Assembly (NCBI RefSeq): GCF_004010195.1
Contig: NC_057750.1
Span: 14,177,221-14,241,220, forward strand
Direction of reading: 5' to 3'
Length of the DNA stretch: 64,000 bases
From: Chiloscyllium plagiosum
Taxonomy: Eukaryota
Part shown: positions 12,836-24,919 of the stretch, piece after piece
Numbering within the stretch: position 1 is the first letter of the stretch
How the letters are laid out: each line of letters starts with the position of its first letter
Position numbers and translations under genes: made by a program
Notes under the pieces: model-generated
Databases searched by the model: none
Seen by the model: the letters and a program-made list of their open reading frames with translations, nothing else
What the model was told of the DNA's origin: nothing

Positions 12836-13153
12836 GAATCATAGAATTCCTACAGTGTAGAAACAGACTATTTGGCCCAGTGAGTCCACACTGCCCCTCC
12901 AAAAAGCATTCCACCCCAATCATTGTAACCCTGCATTTCCCATGGCTAATCTATCTAGTTTACACATCCCTTGATACTTTGGGCAGTTTTTCATGGCCAG
13001 TCCACTAAACCTTGCACACTTTTGGACTGTGGGAGGAAACCTGCGCAGACAGGAGAATGTCGGGGTTTGCAAAAACAGCCGTCCGCGGGTGGAATAGAAC
13101 CCAGGTCCCTGGCACTGTGAGGCAGTAGTACTAACCACTGAGCTCCCGTGCCG
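12836..13153 (-). mobile_element. V-SINE (HE1-like)
   Basis: Reverse complement of head, V-domain and tail. Confidence 0.87.
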
Positions 13154-13469
13154 TCCATAGAGTCTAGTAATAGGTTGATGTTTATTTTATTCAAAGGAAA
13201 AATAAACTCCTGGCTTGAAGTTATTGCACTTCTTTCAAACAGCCAAATAATTTATGTAATTACAAGTTAATACAAAAGCAAAGTACTTACGCTGAAAGGG
13301 AAAAAAAACTCAGCAGGTCAAGTAACATCTGTGGAGAAAACATTGTTAATGTTTCAGGTTGATAACATATCATAGTTCCAAATCAGAATGGTGTGTTGTA
13401 AGTGGCTATGTTCCCATGTGTTTGCTGCCCTTGTCCTTCTCTGAGGTAAGGGTTACCTCAGTGTGAGAG

Positions 13470-13625
13470 TGAGAGTGTGTCGTGTGCTTTTGCGGCTGGT
13501 TGATGTTCATGTATCCTGGTGGCTAGTTTTCTGCCTATTTATCTAATGTAGCGTTTGTTACAGTTCTTGCAAGGTATTTTGTAAATGACATTAGTTCTCC
13601 TTGTTGTCTATATGGGTTCTTTCCC
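13470..13625 (-). mobile_element. Penelope-like GIY-YIG endonuclease fragment
   Basis: Minus translation RTNVIYKIPCKNCNKRYI..GRKLATRIHEH. Confidence 0.8.
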
Positions 13626-13629
13626 CATG

Positions 13630-14880
13630 GAGTGAACTATTTGAATGTTATTGGAATTGCATTCATCCAGGCAAATGTAGAGTATTCTATCACCTGAGGT
13701 GAGTTACATTCCAAGCCTCTGACCTGCTCTTGTGTCCACAGTATTTCAAGGGCAGTCCAGTTCAGCCTGTTGTCTCTAGTGTGCCTCCAGGACATTGCTG
13801 ATAAGGAATTCAGCAATGGTAATGCCACTGTATATCAATAGGAGATGATTAAATTCTCTCCTATTGGAGATGGTCATTGCCTGATGCTTTTGTAACATAA
13901 ATGTCACTTGCTATAAATCAGCCTCAAGCCTAAATGTAATTGGACTTGTTATGTATGTCCATGCGCTGCTGCAGTATTTGTAAAGTTGTGAATGCTACTG
14001 AATGTTGTACAATAATCCATTAACATCTCGACTTCTGATTCTATGGTGGAGGGAACATGAAATATATGAATTAGCAGTAGTAGGTCTTCTGGACCCTCAC
14101 GCCTGCTCAGCCATTTTATAAGTTCATTACTAATTTGATTGTACCCTCAATTCTGTCTATACCATTGGAATCCTTGATAGGAATATTTAATGTAACAGCT
14201 GAAGATAGTAGGCTAGAATACTGTCCTGAGAGTAACTGCAGTGATGTCCTTCAGTGATGACAAGTGGTATTCCTGTGGGCTGGGCATGATACAAGCCCCT
14301 TTTTCCCCTTCAATTTTTCCAAGGCTCCTTGATCTCATACTTGGTCAAAAGCTGTCTTGATGTCAGTGGCAGTCACTGTCATCCCACTTCTGGAACTCAA
14401 TGCTTTAACCATATTTGCAGCAAGGCTGTAACAATATTAGGAGCTGTAAGTGGCCCGAGTGGAACTCAAACGGAGCGTCAGTGAGCAGGTTATTGCTTTA
14501 AGTGTAGCTTGATATCACTCATAATGACATCTTTCATCTTTTGATGCTTTGAGAAAAAGCTGAATTCAATTTGGCCTCCTTAGTGTGGGCAGGATGTGCC
14601 GAGGGAATGTTCCACATTGCTGGGTAGGTGGCAGAGTTTCTAGCTATACTAGAAAACTCTGCTTTGGGGCACAACTCATTTTAGAACACACAATCTCTCA
14701 GCAATAGTACTGATAATCAAGATCAAAAACCTTTGCAATATCCAGTGTTTTCAGCCATGGAGTGAATGAAATTAATTGAAGATTGGCATCTATGATGTTG
14801 AGATGGATTACCCTCTCAGTGCCTCCTGACTGAAGATAGTTGCATGTGCTTCAGCCTTGTCTTTCAGCACTGATATGTTA
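13630..14880 (-). mobile_element. Old degraded non-LTR retrotransposon (CR1-like) RT region
   Basis: Degenerate 'LDIKxAFDxVW' (AAAAGCTGTCTTGATGTCA on + strand) and 'YSTFAWM' stretches. Confidence 0.55.
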
Positions 14881-15374
14881 GGTTCTTTCTCCCTCTGGAA
14901 CTGCTACGTCGGTGACAATAAGATCGGATAGGGTTTTCTCTCTTGATTTTAGACACGGTTTAATAGATGTGTTCTTCAGAAGCTTGGTCAGTAGTGATGC
15001 TACTGAGCTGCTATTGGTTATGAACATTGGAGTTTCCAACCTAGAGTTACATCCTCTACCCGTGTGACCAGAGGTGGTCAATTTCAAGCTCATTTTCCAG
15101 TGTAAATCCTTTTTGATTTTTCTGAAATCATGGGTCTGTAAAGAGAACAAACCATCTTAAATCTGTTTCTCTGTTTGAGAAACGTGCGGTTTGTCCTGGA
15201 TGTGATGTCCGCCCATCCCTGCCAGCACTCCTCCATTGTATGCACACTGGAAATGAATTAAACACAATATCAAAGTCATTCCCATCTAGTTAGCTTTTTT
15301 TTTAATCTAATCTCCGAAGATACCTGACAATTCATTCACTGAAATGTGCTTAATTGTTTGAAGTTGCAAAACTA

Positions 15375-17410
15375 GACCTACTCTTGGGGAATAAGGCAGG
15401 GCAGGTGACTGAGGTGTCAGTGGGGGAGCACTTTGGGGCCAGCAACCATAATTCTATTTTGTTTTAAAATAGTGATGGAAAAGGATAGATCAGATCTAAA
15501 AGTTGAAGTTATAAATTGGAGAAAGGCCAATTTTGATAGTTTTAGACAAGAACTTTCAAAAGCTGATTGGAGGCAGATGTTCACAGGTAAAGGGACGGCT
15601 GGAAAATGGGAAGCCTTCAGAAATGAGATAACGAGAATCCAGAGAAAGTGTATTCCTGTCAAGGTGAAAGGGAAGGCTGGTCGGTATAGGGAATGCTGGA
15701 TGACTAAAGAAATTGAGGGTTTGGTTAAGAAAAAGGAAGGAAGCATATGTCAGGTATAGACAGGATAGATCGAGTGAATCTTTAGAGTATAAAGAAAGTA
15801 GGAGTATACTTTAAGAGGGAAATCAGGAGGGCAAATGGGGACATGAGATAGCTTTGGCAAATAGAATTAAGGAGAATCCAAATGGTTTTTACAAATATAT
15901 TAAGGACAAAAGGGTAACTAGGGAGAGAATAGGGCCCCTCAAAGATCAGCAAGGCAGCCTTTGTGTGGAGCCACAGAAAATGGGGGAGATACTAAATGAA
16001 TATTTTGCATCAGTATTTACTGTGGAAAAGGATATGGAAGATATAGACTGTAGGGAAATAGATGGTGACATCTTGCAAAATGTCCAGATTAGAGGAGGAA
16101 GTGCTTGATGTCTTGAAATGGTTAAAAGTGGATAAATCCCCAGGATTGATTAGGTGTACCAGAGAATGCTGTGGGAAGCTAGAGAAGTGATTGCTGGGCC
16201 TCTTGCTGAGACATGTGTATCATCGATAGTCACAGGTGAGGTGCCGGAAGACTGGAGTTTGGCTAACGTGGTGTCACTGTTTAAGAAGGGCGGTAAAGAC
16301 AAGTCAGGGATCTATAGACCGGTGACCGGTGGGCAAGTTGTTGGAGGGAATCCTGAGGGACAGGATGTACATGTATTTGGAAAGGCAAGGACTGATTCGG
16401 GATAGTCAACATGGCCTTGTACGTGGGAAATCATGTCTCTCAAACTTGATTGAGTTTTTTGAAGAAGTAACAAAGAAGATTGAGGGCAGAGCAGTAGATG
16501 TGATCTATATGGACTTCAGTAAGGCGTTTGACAAGGTTCCCCATCGGAGACTGATTAGCAAGGTTAGGTCTCATGGAATACAAGGAGAACTAGCCATTTG
16601 GATACAGAACTGGCTCAAGGGTAGAAGACTGAGGGTGGTAGTGGAGGGTTGTTTTTCAGACTGGAGGCCTGTGACCAGTGGAGTGCCACAAGGATCGGTG
16701 CTGGGCCCTCTACTTTTTGTCATTTACATAAATGATTTGGATGCGAGCATAAGAGGTACAGTTAGTAAGTTTGCAGATGACACCAAAATTGGAGGTGTAG
16801 TGGACAGCGAAGAGGATTACCTCAGAATACAACAGGATCTGGACCAGATGGGCCAATGGACTGAGAAATGGCAGATGGAGTTTAATTCAGCCAAATGTGA
16901 GGTGCTGCATTTTGGGAAAGCAAATCTTAGCAGGACTTGTACACATAATGGTAAGGTCCTAGGGAGTGTTGGTGAACAAAGAGACCTTGGAGTGCAGGTT
17001 CATAGCTCCTTGAAAGTGGAGTCGCTGGTAGATAGGATAGTGAAGAAGGCGTTTGGTATGCTTNNNNNNNNNNNNNNNNNNNNNNNNNNNNNNNNNNNNN
17101 NNNNNNNNNNNNNNNNNNNNNNNNNNNNNNNNNNNNNNNNNNNNNNNNNNNNNNNNNNNNNNNNNNNNNNNNNNNNNNNNNNNNNNNNNNNNNNNNNNNN
17201 NNNNNNNNNNNNNNNNNNNNNNNNNNNNNNNNNNNNNNNNNNNNNNNNNNNNNNNNNNNGCATTTGGATGGGTATATGAATAGGAAGGGTTTGGAGGGAT
17301 ATGGGCCGGGTGCTGGCAGGTGGGACTAGATTGGGTTGGGATATCTGGTCGGCATGGACGGGTTGGACCAAAGGGTCTGTTTCCATGCTGTACATCTCTG
17401 ACTCTGAATC
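15375..17410 (+). mobile_element. Young CR1 LINE (HER1-like), 5'-truncated, containing assembly gap
   Basis: ORFs 15433-17279 with YMDFSKAFDKVPH, SGVPQGSVLGP, KFADD; 3' tail GGGTCTGTTTCCATGCTGTACATCTCTGACTCT similar to V-SINE tail. Confidence 0.95.
17064..17259. other. Assembly gap (196 N)
   Basis: Run of N. Confidence 1.
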
Positions 17411-18065
17411 CTTAATTTCACACTTTACACACATTCTGTCTGTTTTTGGGTTTTAAGATTGGTTCATATGCTTTTGCAAATCTGTTGGGGGAGTCAAAAA
17501 GAAATACTTTGAGATCCAAAGTAATGAATTCGTCTTTTACCCGAGAAATGCAAAAGATCAGAAATACTCATCATAATAATTTTCACAACATTTTTCGATT
17601 CCTGCATTTCTCATCTCTTATGCAAGATGCGTTTTCAATTACTTTTGCTGCACCTGACAAGAAAGAACACATGGAGTCGAGAAATTGGCTTTTGCTGGTA
17701 CAAATATGTATAGGAAATTGTCCCTAACTCAGAACACATCTTGTCAGCCTTTGCATTGGGCTGTTGAGATGCAGACGCTTGCTGGGCATCCTCCTGCAGC
17801 TCACTGCTGATGAGGTTTGCAATTTTTAGATTATTGACAGCAGCTCTCGTTCTGGTGGGGGTGGAGGGAGGAGTTTGGGAATGGGGTCAAGTGGGAGTTG
17901 TGAATCTGGAAGGAGCATACAGGAAAGTACAGTTTACAACACTGAACCTTGTTAACTGATGATTGGTAGCAGTCCTATTTTATGACTGCTGGTTAGGTAG
18001 CATATATCAAATTATACATATGAGTGACAAACCTAATGGATTAAGAGGTATCATAAGTGCACTGT

Positions 18066-18066
18066 T

Positions 18067-18099
<33 letters not shown>

Positions 18100-18130
18100 C
18101 TCTCCCCCCCCCCCCCCCCCCCCCCCCCCC
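18066..18130 (+). repeat. (CT)n(TTTC)n microsatellite plus poly-C
   Basis: Directly visible. Confidence 0.95.
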
Positions 18131-18689
18131 AACCCTCCTTACCCCCGCTTGCTTATATTATGGAATCTTGACCATTAAACTCCTTTTTTTAAAAAAAAAA
18201 ATAAAACTTGTTTGACTGTGTTGTAGGTGTTCCTGTTCTGGGTCAGAATGCATGCATAAATGAAGTCTGCCATATTGCATGCTTTTGTTCCCCTTTTTAT
18301 ACCTGAGATGGATACAGCATTATCAGGTTTCTTGGCCACCGTGCAGCTGCTACTTTTAAAAGCCTGCAGCTGCTGAAAGAGCTAGATGCAGACCAAATGT
18401 GGGAAAAGATTGAAATAGAAGGAGCAGCAACACTGAGTCAGCAGTAGTGAGAGCTCTCAAGAGTCTGATATATTTATATGAATATTCTACATAGGCAGTA
18501 AAAGAATTTGCAGGGCTAGCATTTCCATTTTGCTGAATAATTATCCAGTGTTGGAAACTGTAATGAATTTGTGAAGTTGTCCCATGTAAGTGACATTGCA
18601 AGCACCCATGTACTTCCTGATTTTAACTGCTGGAACCACCAACTCCTCCATTTGTACCATGGTAGAAAGAGAGATTTGATTTGCAACTT

Positions 18690-19030
18690 GATGCTGACTT
18701 ACGTGACCTCAGGATATCCTGGAGCATTCTACAGCCAAAGCACTACTTTTGAAGTGTAGTGACTACTAAACTGTAGAAAATTGCACAGACCACTTATATT
18801 CAGCAAGGTCATACAAAGCTTCACAATGTAAAAATGGCCAGATAATCTGACTTTCAGTGATATTGATTTGAGGGATAAATGTTAGTCAGCATATAGAAGA
18901 ATACTTTCTTGATAGTGTCACGGGATCATTTACACTTGCCTGAGAGAGTCTGTATCATTTGCATTTCTCGCACTGCCATCTTGCAATACATCAAGCAACA
19001 ACCTAGATTGTGGTCTGGTATTCAGGAGAA
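18690..19030 (-). mobile_element. Deu-domain/L2-tailed SINE, diverged
   Basis: TACTTTTGAAGTGTAGTGACT is the reverse of the tail seen near 10060. Confidence 0.55.
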
Positions 19031-19754
19031 GAATGATAGAGGAAGATGTATTTTGTATGCAGTCAGTGTAGACTTCATCTTTCCATGTTATGGAAAAGAT
19101 GAATAAGTTGGAAGAGGCAGCAAAGCAGTGTGCCAACCATGCTGTGTACTCCTGTGATGTGAATGACATTGCTCCTAGATAACATTCAAGTGGTAAAAGC
19201 AAAATATTGGAGATGCCAGAAACCTAAAATAATAACACGAAGTTCTGGTGAAAGTCAGCAGAACTGCCTGTCTTTGGAGGGAGAAATCAAGTTAACATTT
19301 TTGAGTGCAGAATGATTCCTTTTCAGAACACCATGACAATATTCATGCTGAGATTGATCAAGTCTTGCTGAATGCAGACATAGACTGTTTTATTATATGT
19401 TGAGCTGTGAATGGGACTAAAGACTCAGTGACTACCTATTTGTCATTGCAATGAGAGAAATTAAGTATTTTAGGTTAAGATTAGGTCACTGGCATGAGCT
19501 CTGCTTTCTGATATCTAGAGATAGACAAAATTGACATTTAAAAGGTCAATTGTCTATCTCCCCGACCGTTAATCCGCTGTCTGTGGCCACCAGCTTTCTG
19601 GTTAGAGAATTGATCAGAAAGAGATACATCTGTGTAGTTTCTTTGTCAGATATCTGTCCCTAAATCAACATTATTAAACAGTCAGTCAGGCCACGAGCCA
19701 TGTGCCCTTTGTATGCAAGCTGGAAGCTGTGTTTTTCTAATTATAATAGTGAGT

Positions 19755-20655
19755 ACATAGAACATAGAACATAGAAGAATACAGCGCAGTACAGGCCCTT
19801 GGGCCCTCGATGTTGCGCCGATCCAAGCCCACCTAAACTACACTAACCCACTATCCTCCATATACCTATCCAGTGCCCTCTTAAATGCCCATAAAGAGGG
19901 AGAACCTTCTTTTCTCTAGTGATAACAGCCCCAAGTGCCTCAGTCTTTCCTCATACGATTTTCCTTTCATACCAGGCAACATCCTGGTAAACCTCCTCTG
20001 CATCCGTTCCAGTGCCTCCACATCCTTCCTATAGTATGTCGACCAAAACTGCACACAATATTCCAGATGCGGTCGTACCAGAGTCTTATACAACTGCATC
20101 ATGACCTCAGGACTCCGGGACTCAATTCCTCTACCAATAAAAGCCAGTACGCCATATGCCTTCCTCACCGCACTATTTACTTGGGTGGCAACTTTCAGAG
20201 ATCTGTGTACATGGACACCAAGATCCCTCTGCTCATCCACACTACCAAGTATCTGACCATTAGCCCAGTACCCCATCTTTTTGTTATTCTTCCCAAAGTG
20301 AGTCACCTCGCACTTAGCTACATTGAATTCCATCTGCCACCTTTCTGCCCAGCTCTGCAGCTTCTCTATATCCTGCTGTAACCTGCCACATGCTTCCTCA
20401 CTGTCAACAACTCCTCCGACTTTCGTGTCATCCGCAAACTTGCTCACCCAACCTTCTAACCCCTCTTCCAGGTCATTTATAAAAATGACAAACAGCAATG
20501 GTCCCAAAACAGATCCTTGCGGAACACCGCTAGTGACGGCACTCCATGAAGAAACTTTGCCATCAACTACTACCCTCTGTCTTCTTCCATCCAGCCAATT
20601 CCTAATCCAAACCTCCAACTCACCCTCAATGCCATATCTCCGTATTTTCTGCAAG
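19755..20655 (-). mobile_element. Young CR1 LINE 3' fragment with internal deletion
   Basis: Open RT frame (SGVPQGSVLGP, KFADD, LVRPHLEYC) in ORF 19881..20780; (TTCTATG)n tail at 19755-19780; ORF2 end joined directly to distal 3' UTR near 19905. Confidence 0.95.
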
Positions 20656-22052
20656 TACTGCGAGTACTGTAACTTGCAGTGAAAGTTGTGGGAAGATGTA
20701 TACATTTGCTCAAAATTTGGAATGATTTTGATAATGGGGAGAAACTGTTTGCCTGAGAGGAGGATGAATAACCAGAGCACACATTGAGAAATTACGAAGA
20801 ACCAAAGGGGTGAATTTTATTTTTATAATCTGGAATGAGCTGGCTGAAACAGTGATGGAATAGTGATCAGGGATCATCCCAGGCCTTGAATGATGTGGGC
20901 TTTGATGAGAATTGTGAGAAGTCAATCAAGACCTTTCTTGATAGAGTGAGCTAATGGGTGTAGTGTACTTCTGTGTTGATTAGTTTGTTAATGTAGCCAG
21001 GAAGCTTGTCATCAGTAGCTATGAGTCAAGTGGTAGACATGTTTCTATATGGCATCATCCTGTGAATTGCATTCCTGTCATGTACACACATGGCAAACAT
21101 GTCTTAAAATCTAAGGGATATAGTCGTCAGTTAAGTGAGACACCCCTCAGTCAGAGGGCTCCAGCACAGTAAGGCAATGACAGCCTTCTCTCTCTGCTCC
21201 ACCTCCCCAAAAAAAACACTTCTCAATCCAGAAGCCTGGGCACAGTTATTCAACCGGTCAGGGCTGTTATACTCAGGATATTCTTCTCTATTGGATGAGT
21301 AGTCAGGAACCCTTTCCAAGCTACTGTCTTTCCTCAAGCTTTGAATATTGTATCCAAGCTTCATCTTATAGGTATTTTTTTAATCAACCTGTACAGGGAT
21401 GTTATGGCACATCTCTGGAGCTAATGGGATTTAAACCCAGGTTATCTGGCTCAGATATTAACATAGCACCATGAGCCCTCCAGCTGCGCTTCTAACCTAA
21501 AGCGTGAGGAGAAAAGTGCTGGTGACTATTCTGCCTTGGGTTGGATGGAGATCCAGCGCAGGCTTTTTTAAAGTTTTGTGGACCAAAAAGAGCAGGGGTA
21601 ATTCCAGCTATTTCTCATGTCAGCCTCTGCCATTTGATTTCCCAATCCAGGTGCATATGGAAGCTGCACGAATAAAGTAAGTTAGCAGTCGGTTGTGTGG
21701 TTACTATCATTTGTGTGATATTTCATAGCCGCAAATGTTGATCAGGCCTTTCAGCAATGAGTTTAAGGAAATGATAGAAAAAGCTACAACCATGGAAGAT
21801 GTGACATTTTAAAAAAATGTCTAAAGACACTACCTTAGAACTGTACAATTTAACTTTGCCTAGATTCAGCAATTATCAGACCAAAACCACCTACAAAATT
21901 TGCTTTGTGCCACCTTAGCTATAGGTTTACTTGCCAAACAGACAGGAAGCTTATTTTTTGAGTTTCATACCTTTTACCTAAAATATTGTAAAAATATTGG
22001 CTTATAGTGTAAAAATATTCACTAACCTGGTTCATTTTCTTTTGTTTGAAAG

Positions 22053-22172
22053 GATGATCAAGTGGTTCTTCAGTGCACTACGAGCATTGTCAAAGCACAG
22101 ATTAAGCTCTGCCTTTCTGCTGAAGGATTTGGAAATCGGCTTTGCTTCCTTGAAGCAACATCAAATGCAAAG
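22053..22172 (+). CDS. RYR1: Ryanodine receptor coding exon (equivalent to RYR1 exon 2), [40 protein letters not shown]
   Basis: 120 bp, phase 0/0; branch-like ACTAAC at 22021, pyrimidine tract, AG acceptor, AAG|gtattt donor; translation matches the RyR N-terminal motif [17 protein letters not shown]. Family certain, paralogue less so. Confidence 0.93.
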
Positions 22173-22699
22173 GTATTTTGTTCTCTAAAATAAACATACT
22201 TATCCTGAAATTTTCCCCAGTGCATAATTGCAGTTTTTGGGCTGCAGTTCCGACATGTTAACACTGCTTTCTCTTCACCGATACTGCCTGACCTGCTGAG
22301 CTTTTCCAGTAATGTCTAATTTTGTTTCTGATTTCCAGCATCTGCAGTTTGGTTTTAGTATTAGAACAGGGTGGGCACTTCTTTTTTCCAAGAGAAATTA
22401 TTAATTTATCATGGGCCTTTGCCAATCATACCGTGTGAATTTCCTCAATTATTTGTGCTACTGCAAAATATGGCTACCAAAACCATAATTAGCTCATTGC
22501 TATAATTCCATCCCCCACAAATTTCCACTGTGTGTTCTGAACAGGTGCAAGTTCATGCAGAAAATTTTAATTTTACTTGGATCCAAAGTCACTATTCATT
22601 TCTTAATTTTTTTTGTGATGATTTCTGTTTCTATTTCTTTTCCTTTTTCTCTTTACCAAGTTCTGCAGTTTTTTTTCTACATTTTTAAATCATTTATAG

Positions 22700-24280
22700 T
22701 TTCCATATCTGGTGATAGGCTAGTCACCAATATCCACTTCAAACCCACTAACTCCCACAGTTATTTGGACGATACATCCTCACACCCCACTTTGTGTAAA
22801 GACTCCTCCATTCCTTTCTTTCAGTTTCTCTACCTCTGTCACATCGTAGTGGGTGGCACAGTGGTTAGCACTGCTGCCTCACAGCGCCAGAGACCCGGGT
22901 TCAATTCCCGCCTCAGGCGACTGACTGACTGTGTGGAGTTTGCACGTTCTCCCCGTGTCTGCATGGGTTTCCTCCGGGTGCTCCGGTTTCCTCCCACAGT
23001 CCAAAGATGTGCAGGTCAGGTGAATTGGCCATGCTAAATTGCCTGTAGTGTCAGGTAAGGGGTAAATGTAGGGGTATGGGTGGGTTGCACTTCGGCGGGT
23101 CGGTGTGGACTTGTTGGGCCGAAGGGCCTGTTTCCACACTGTAAGTAATCTAATCTAATCTAATCTAATCTGATGATGCCAGCTTCTCCAGTGGACCTTT
23201 TGAAATGTCCATCTTCCTCAACCAAAGATCCTCCACCACCATGGTAGATAAGGCTGTCAGCCTTGTTGGACCCATCTCTCACACTTCTGTCCTTGCCCCT
23301 TCTCTTCCCTTCCCTCCCACAACACCTACAGGGTTCCCCTCTTCCTCACTTGCCACTCCACCAGAATCCACATCTGAACGATCATTAGCTGCCTTTTCCA
23401 TTACCTCAGTGGGATGCCACCACCAGACATGTTCCCCTCCCCTCTCTCTAGTCAGCCTTCTGTCAGGACCTTTCCCTCCAGGTCATCTTGGCCTACCCTC
23501 CTCCACTCCCAACAGCTCCCCCCATTCCCAAGGCGTCTTCCAACTTGCAGAAGGTGCAACACCTGCCTGTTTATTTCCTCCTTCCTCAATCCAAGGCACT
23601 AGTTACATATTCCAGGTGAAGCAGTGATTTACCTGCAGTTCACTCAATCTAGTCTACTGTATCTGTTGCTCACAAAATGGTTTCTCTACATTGGAGAGGC
23701 AAAACGCAGCCTGAGTGATTACTTTGCAAAACGCCTATGTTCTGTCTGTAGAAATGACCCAAAGCATCCAGTTGCTTTTCACTTCAACACACCACCGTAT
23801 TCCCTGACCAACGTTTCTATGAACTCCAGCAAAGCTCAGCACAAGATGGAAGAACAGCACCTTATTTTCCACCTGAGGACCTGCACGACTGAAAATCTAG
23901 TTCAATAATTTTTAGGGACTGAGCACTTTCTTCCATATCTTTCTCCCAACCCATACATACCAGGTGTTGTCACCACATGGGCTGTTACCACAACCAATCC
24001 ATTGTGAGCTACAAATCGTCCTCATTAGCAGCTATTGATTCTCCCAGGCTGGCCATTATCTATACCTTTTGCCCAATTGCTGTTCTTTCTCTCTCACTGG
24101 GCTTAATCTCTTCCAATCATTTACTCTTTCACCCCTCTCCTCACCTCATTTTCAGTATTATGTTAAACATTTCCTAGCTGCAATTAGCTTTGAAGAGGGT
24201 TCACTGAACTGAAAAGTTAACTCCGCTTTCTCCTGAAGAGATGCTCTCAGACCTGCTGACTTTCTCCAACAACGTCCTTT
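22700..24280 (+). mobile_element. Degraded Penelope-like element (RT thumb, GIY-YIG, terminal repeat), split by a SINE
   Basis: TNIHFKPTNSHSYLDDTSSHP, IPFFQFL, LYIGEAKRSLSDYF, PVAFHFN; terminal GATGCT...GACCTGCTGA. Confidence 0.85.
22851..23170 (+). mobile_element. Young full-length V-SINE (HE1-like)
   Basis: Intact head with GGTTCAATTCC B-box, V-domain, (TAATC)5 tail. Confidence 0.93.
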
Positions 24281-24919
24281 CTTTTTTACCCTCCCCCACC
24301 CCATTCGTCACCTTTTCTTAGATCACAACACAAGATTGAATGTGTTACTTTTACCAATTTTAACACTCTTTTTATACTGAAGATTCTTTTTTTTAAAGCA
24401 AAGATGTTGCCTCCTGGGATATCTGGCTGGCATGGACGAGTTGGACTGAAGGGTCTGTTTCCGTGCTGTACATATCTATGACTCTATGATAATTGCTTTT
24501 GAGATACAGTTTGGATGAGAAAATACCATTATCTGGAACTGAAGGACAAAGAGAACAATTGTGAATTTACATTATAACATTATGGTTGAGTCGGAAGTAC
24601 CTGAAATTACTTTTGCTGTTTTCCATGACGACTAGAATTAAAATTCAGGCTTGTTTGGCTGAATGTGGGACACTCATTACTGAAAAGTGGAACAAAAGAA
24701 CATTCATAGCAGTCTATGAAAAGATACTGGCATAATGTAGGTTTTCCCAAAAGAATCTCCAATGTAGATTACCTAAACTCTCATGCTTCTAAGGATCTTA
24801 GGAACATAGGAGCAGGTAGGTCTATCTATCTTTGCATGCAATAAGGCCATTGCTGAACTTCTACATAAACAACTTTCCTACTGTATGACTACACCCCTTG
24901 ATTCTTTGTTATAGAAGTT

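Noticed and set aside
14880..15290. Possible Penelope 5' fragment
   Set aside because: No diagnostic peptide motif recognised.
17000..17434. ORFs spanning the N run
   Set aside because: Artefacts of the assembly gap.
19751..20667. GAGTAC as TSD of the minus-strand CR1
   Set aside because: Only 6 bp, boundary ambiguous with a local AGTACTG repeat.
1..22052. RYR exon 1 (…QFLRT|gt)
   Set aside because: Not found by eye; probably upstream of the window. The N gap lies within a CR1.
22851..22925. tRNA gene
   Set aside because: tRNA-derived SINE head continuing into V-domain and tail.
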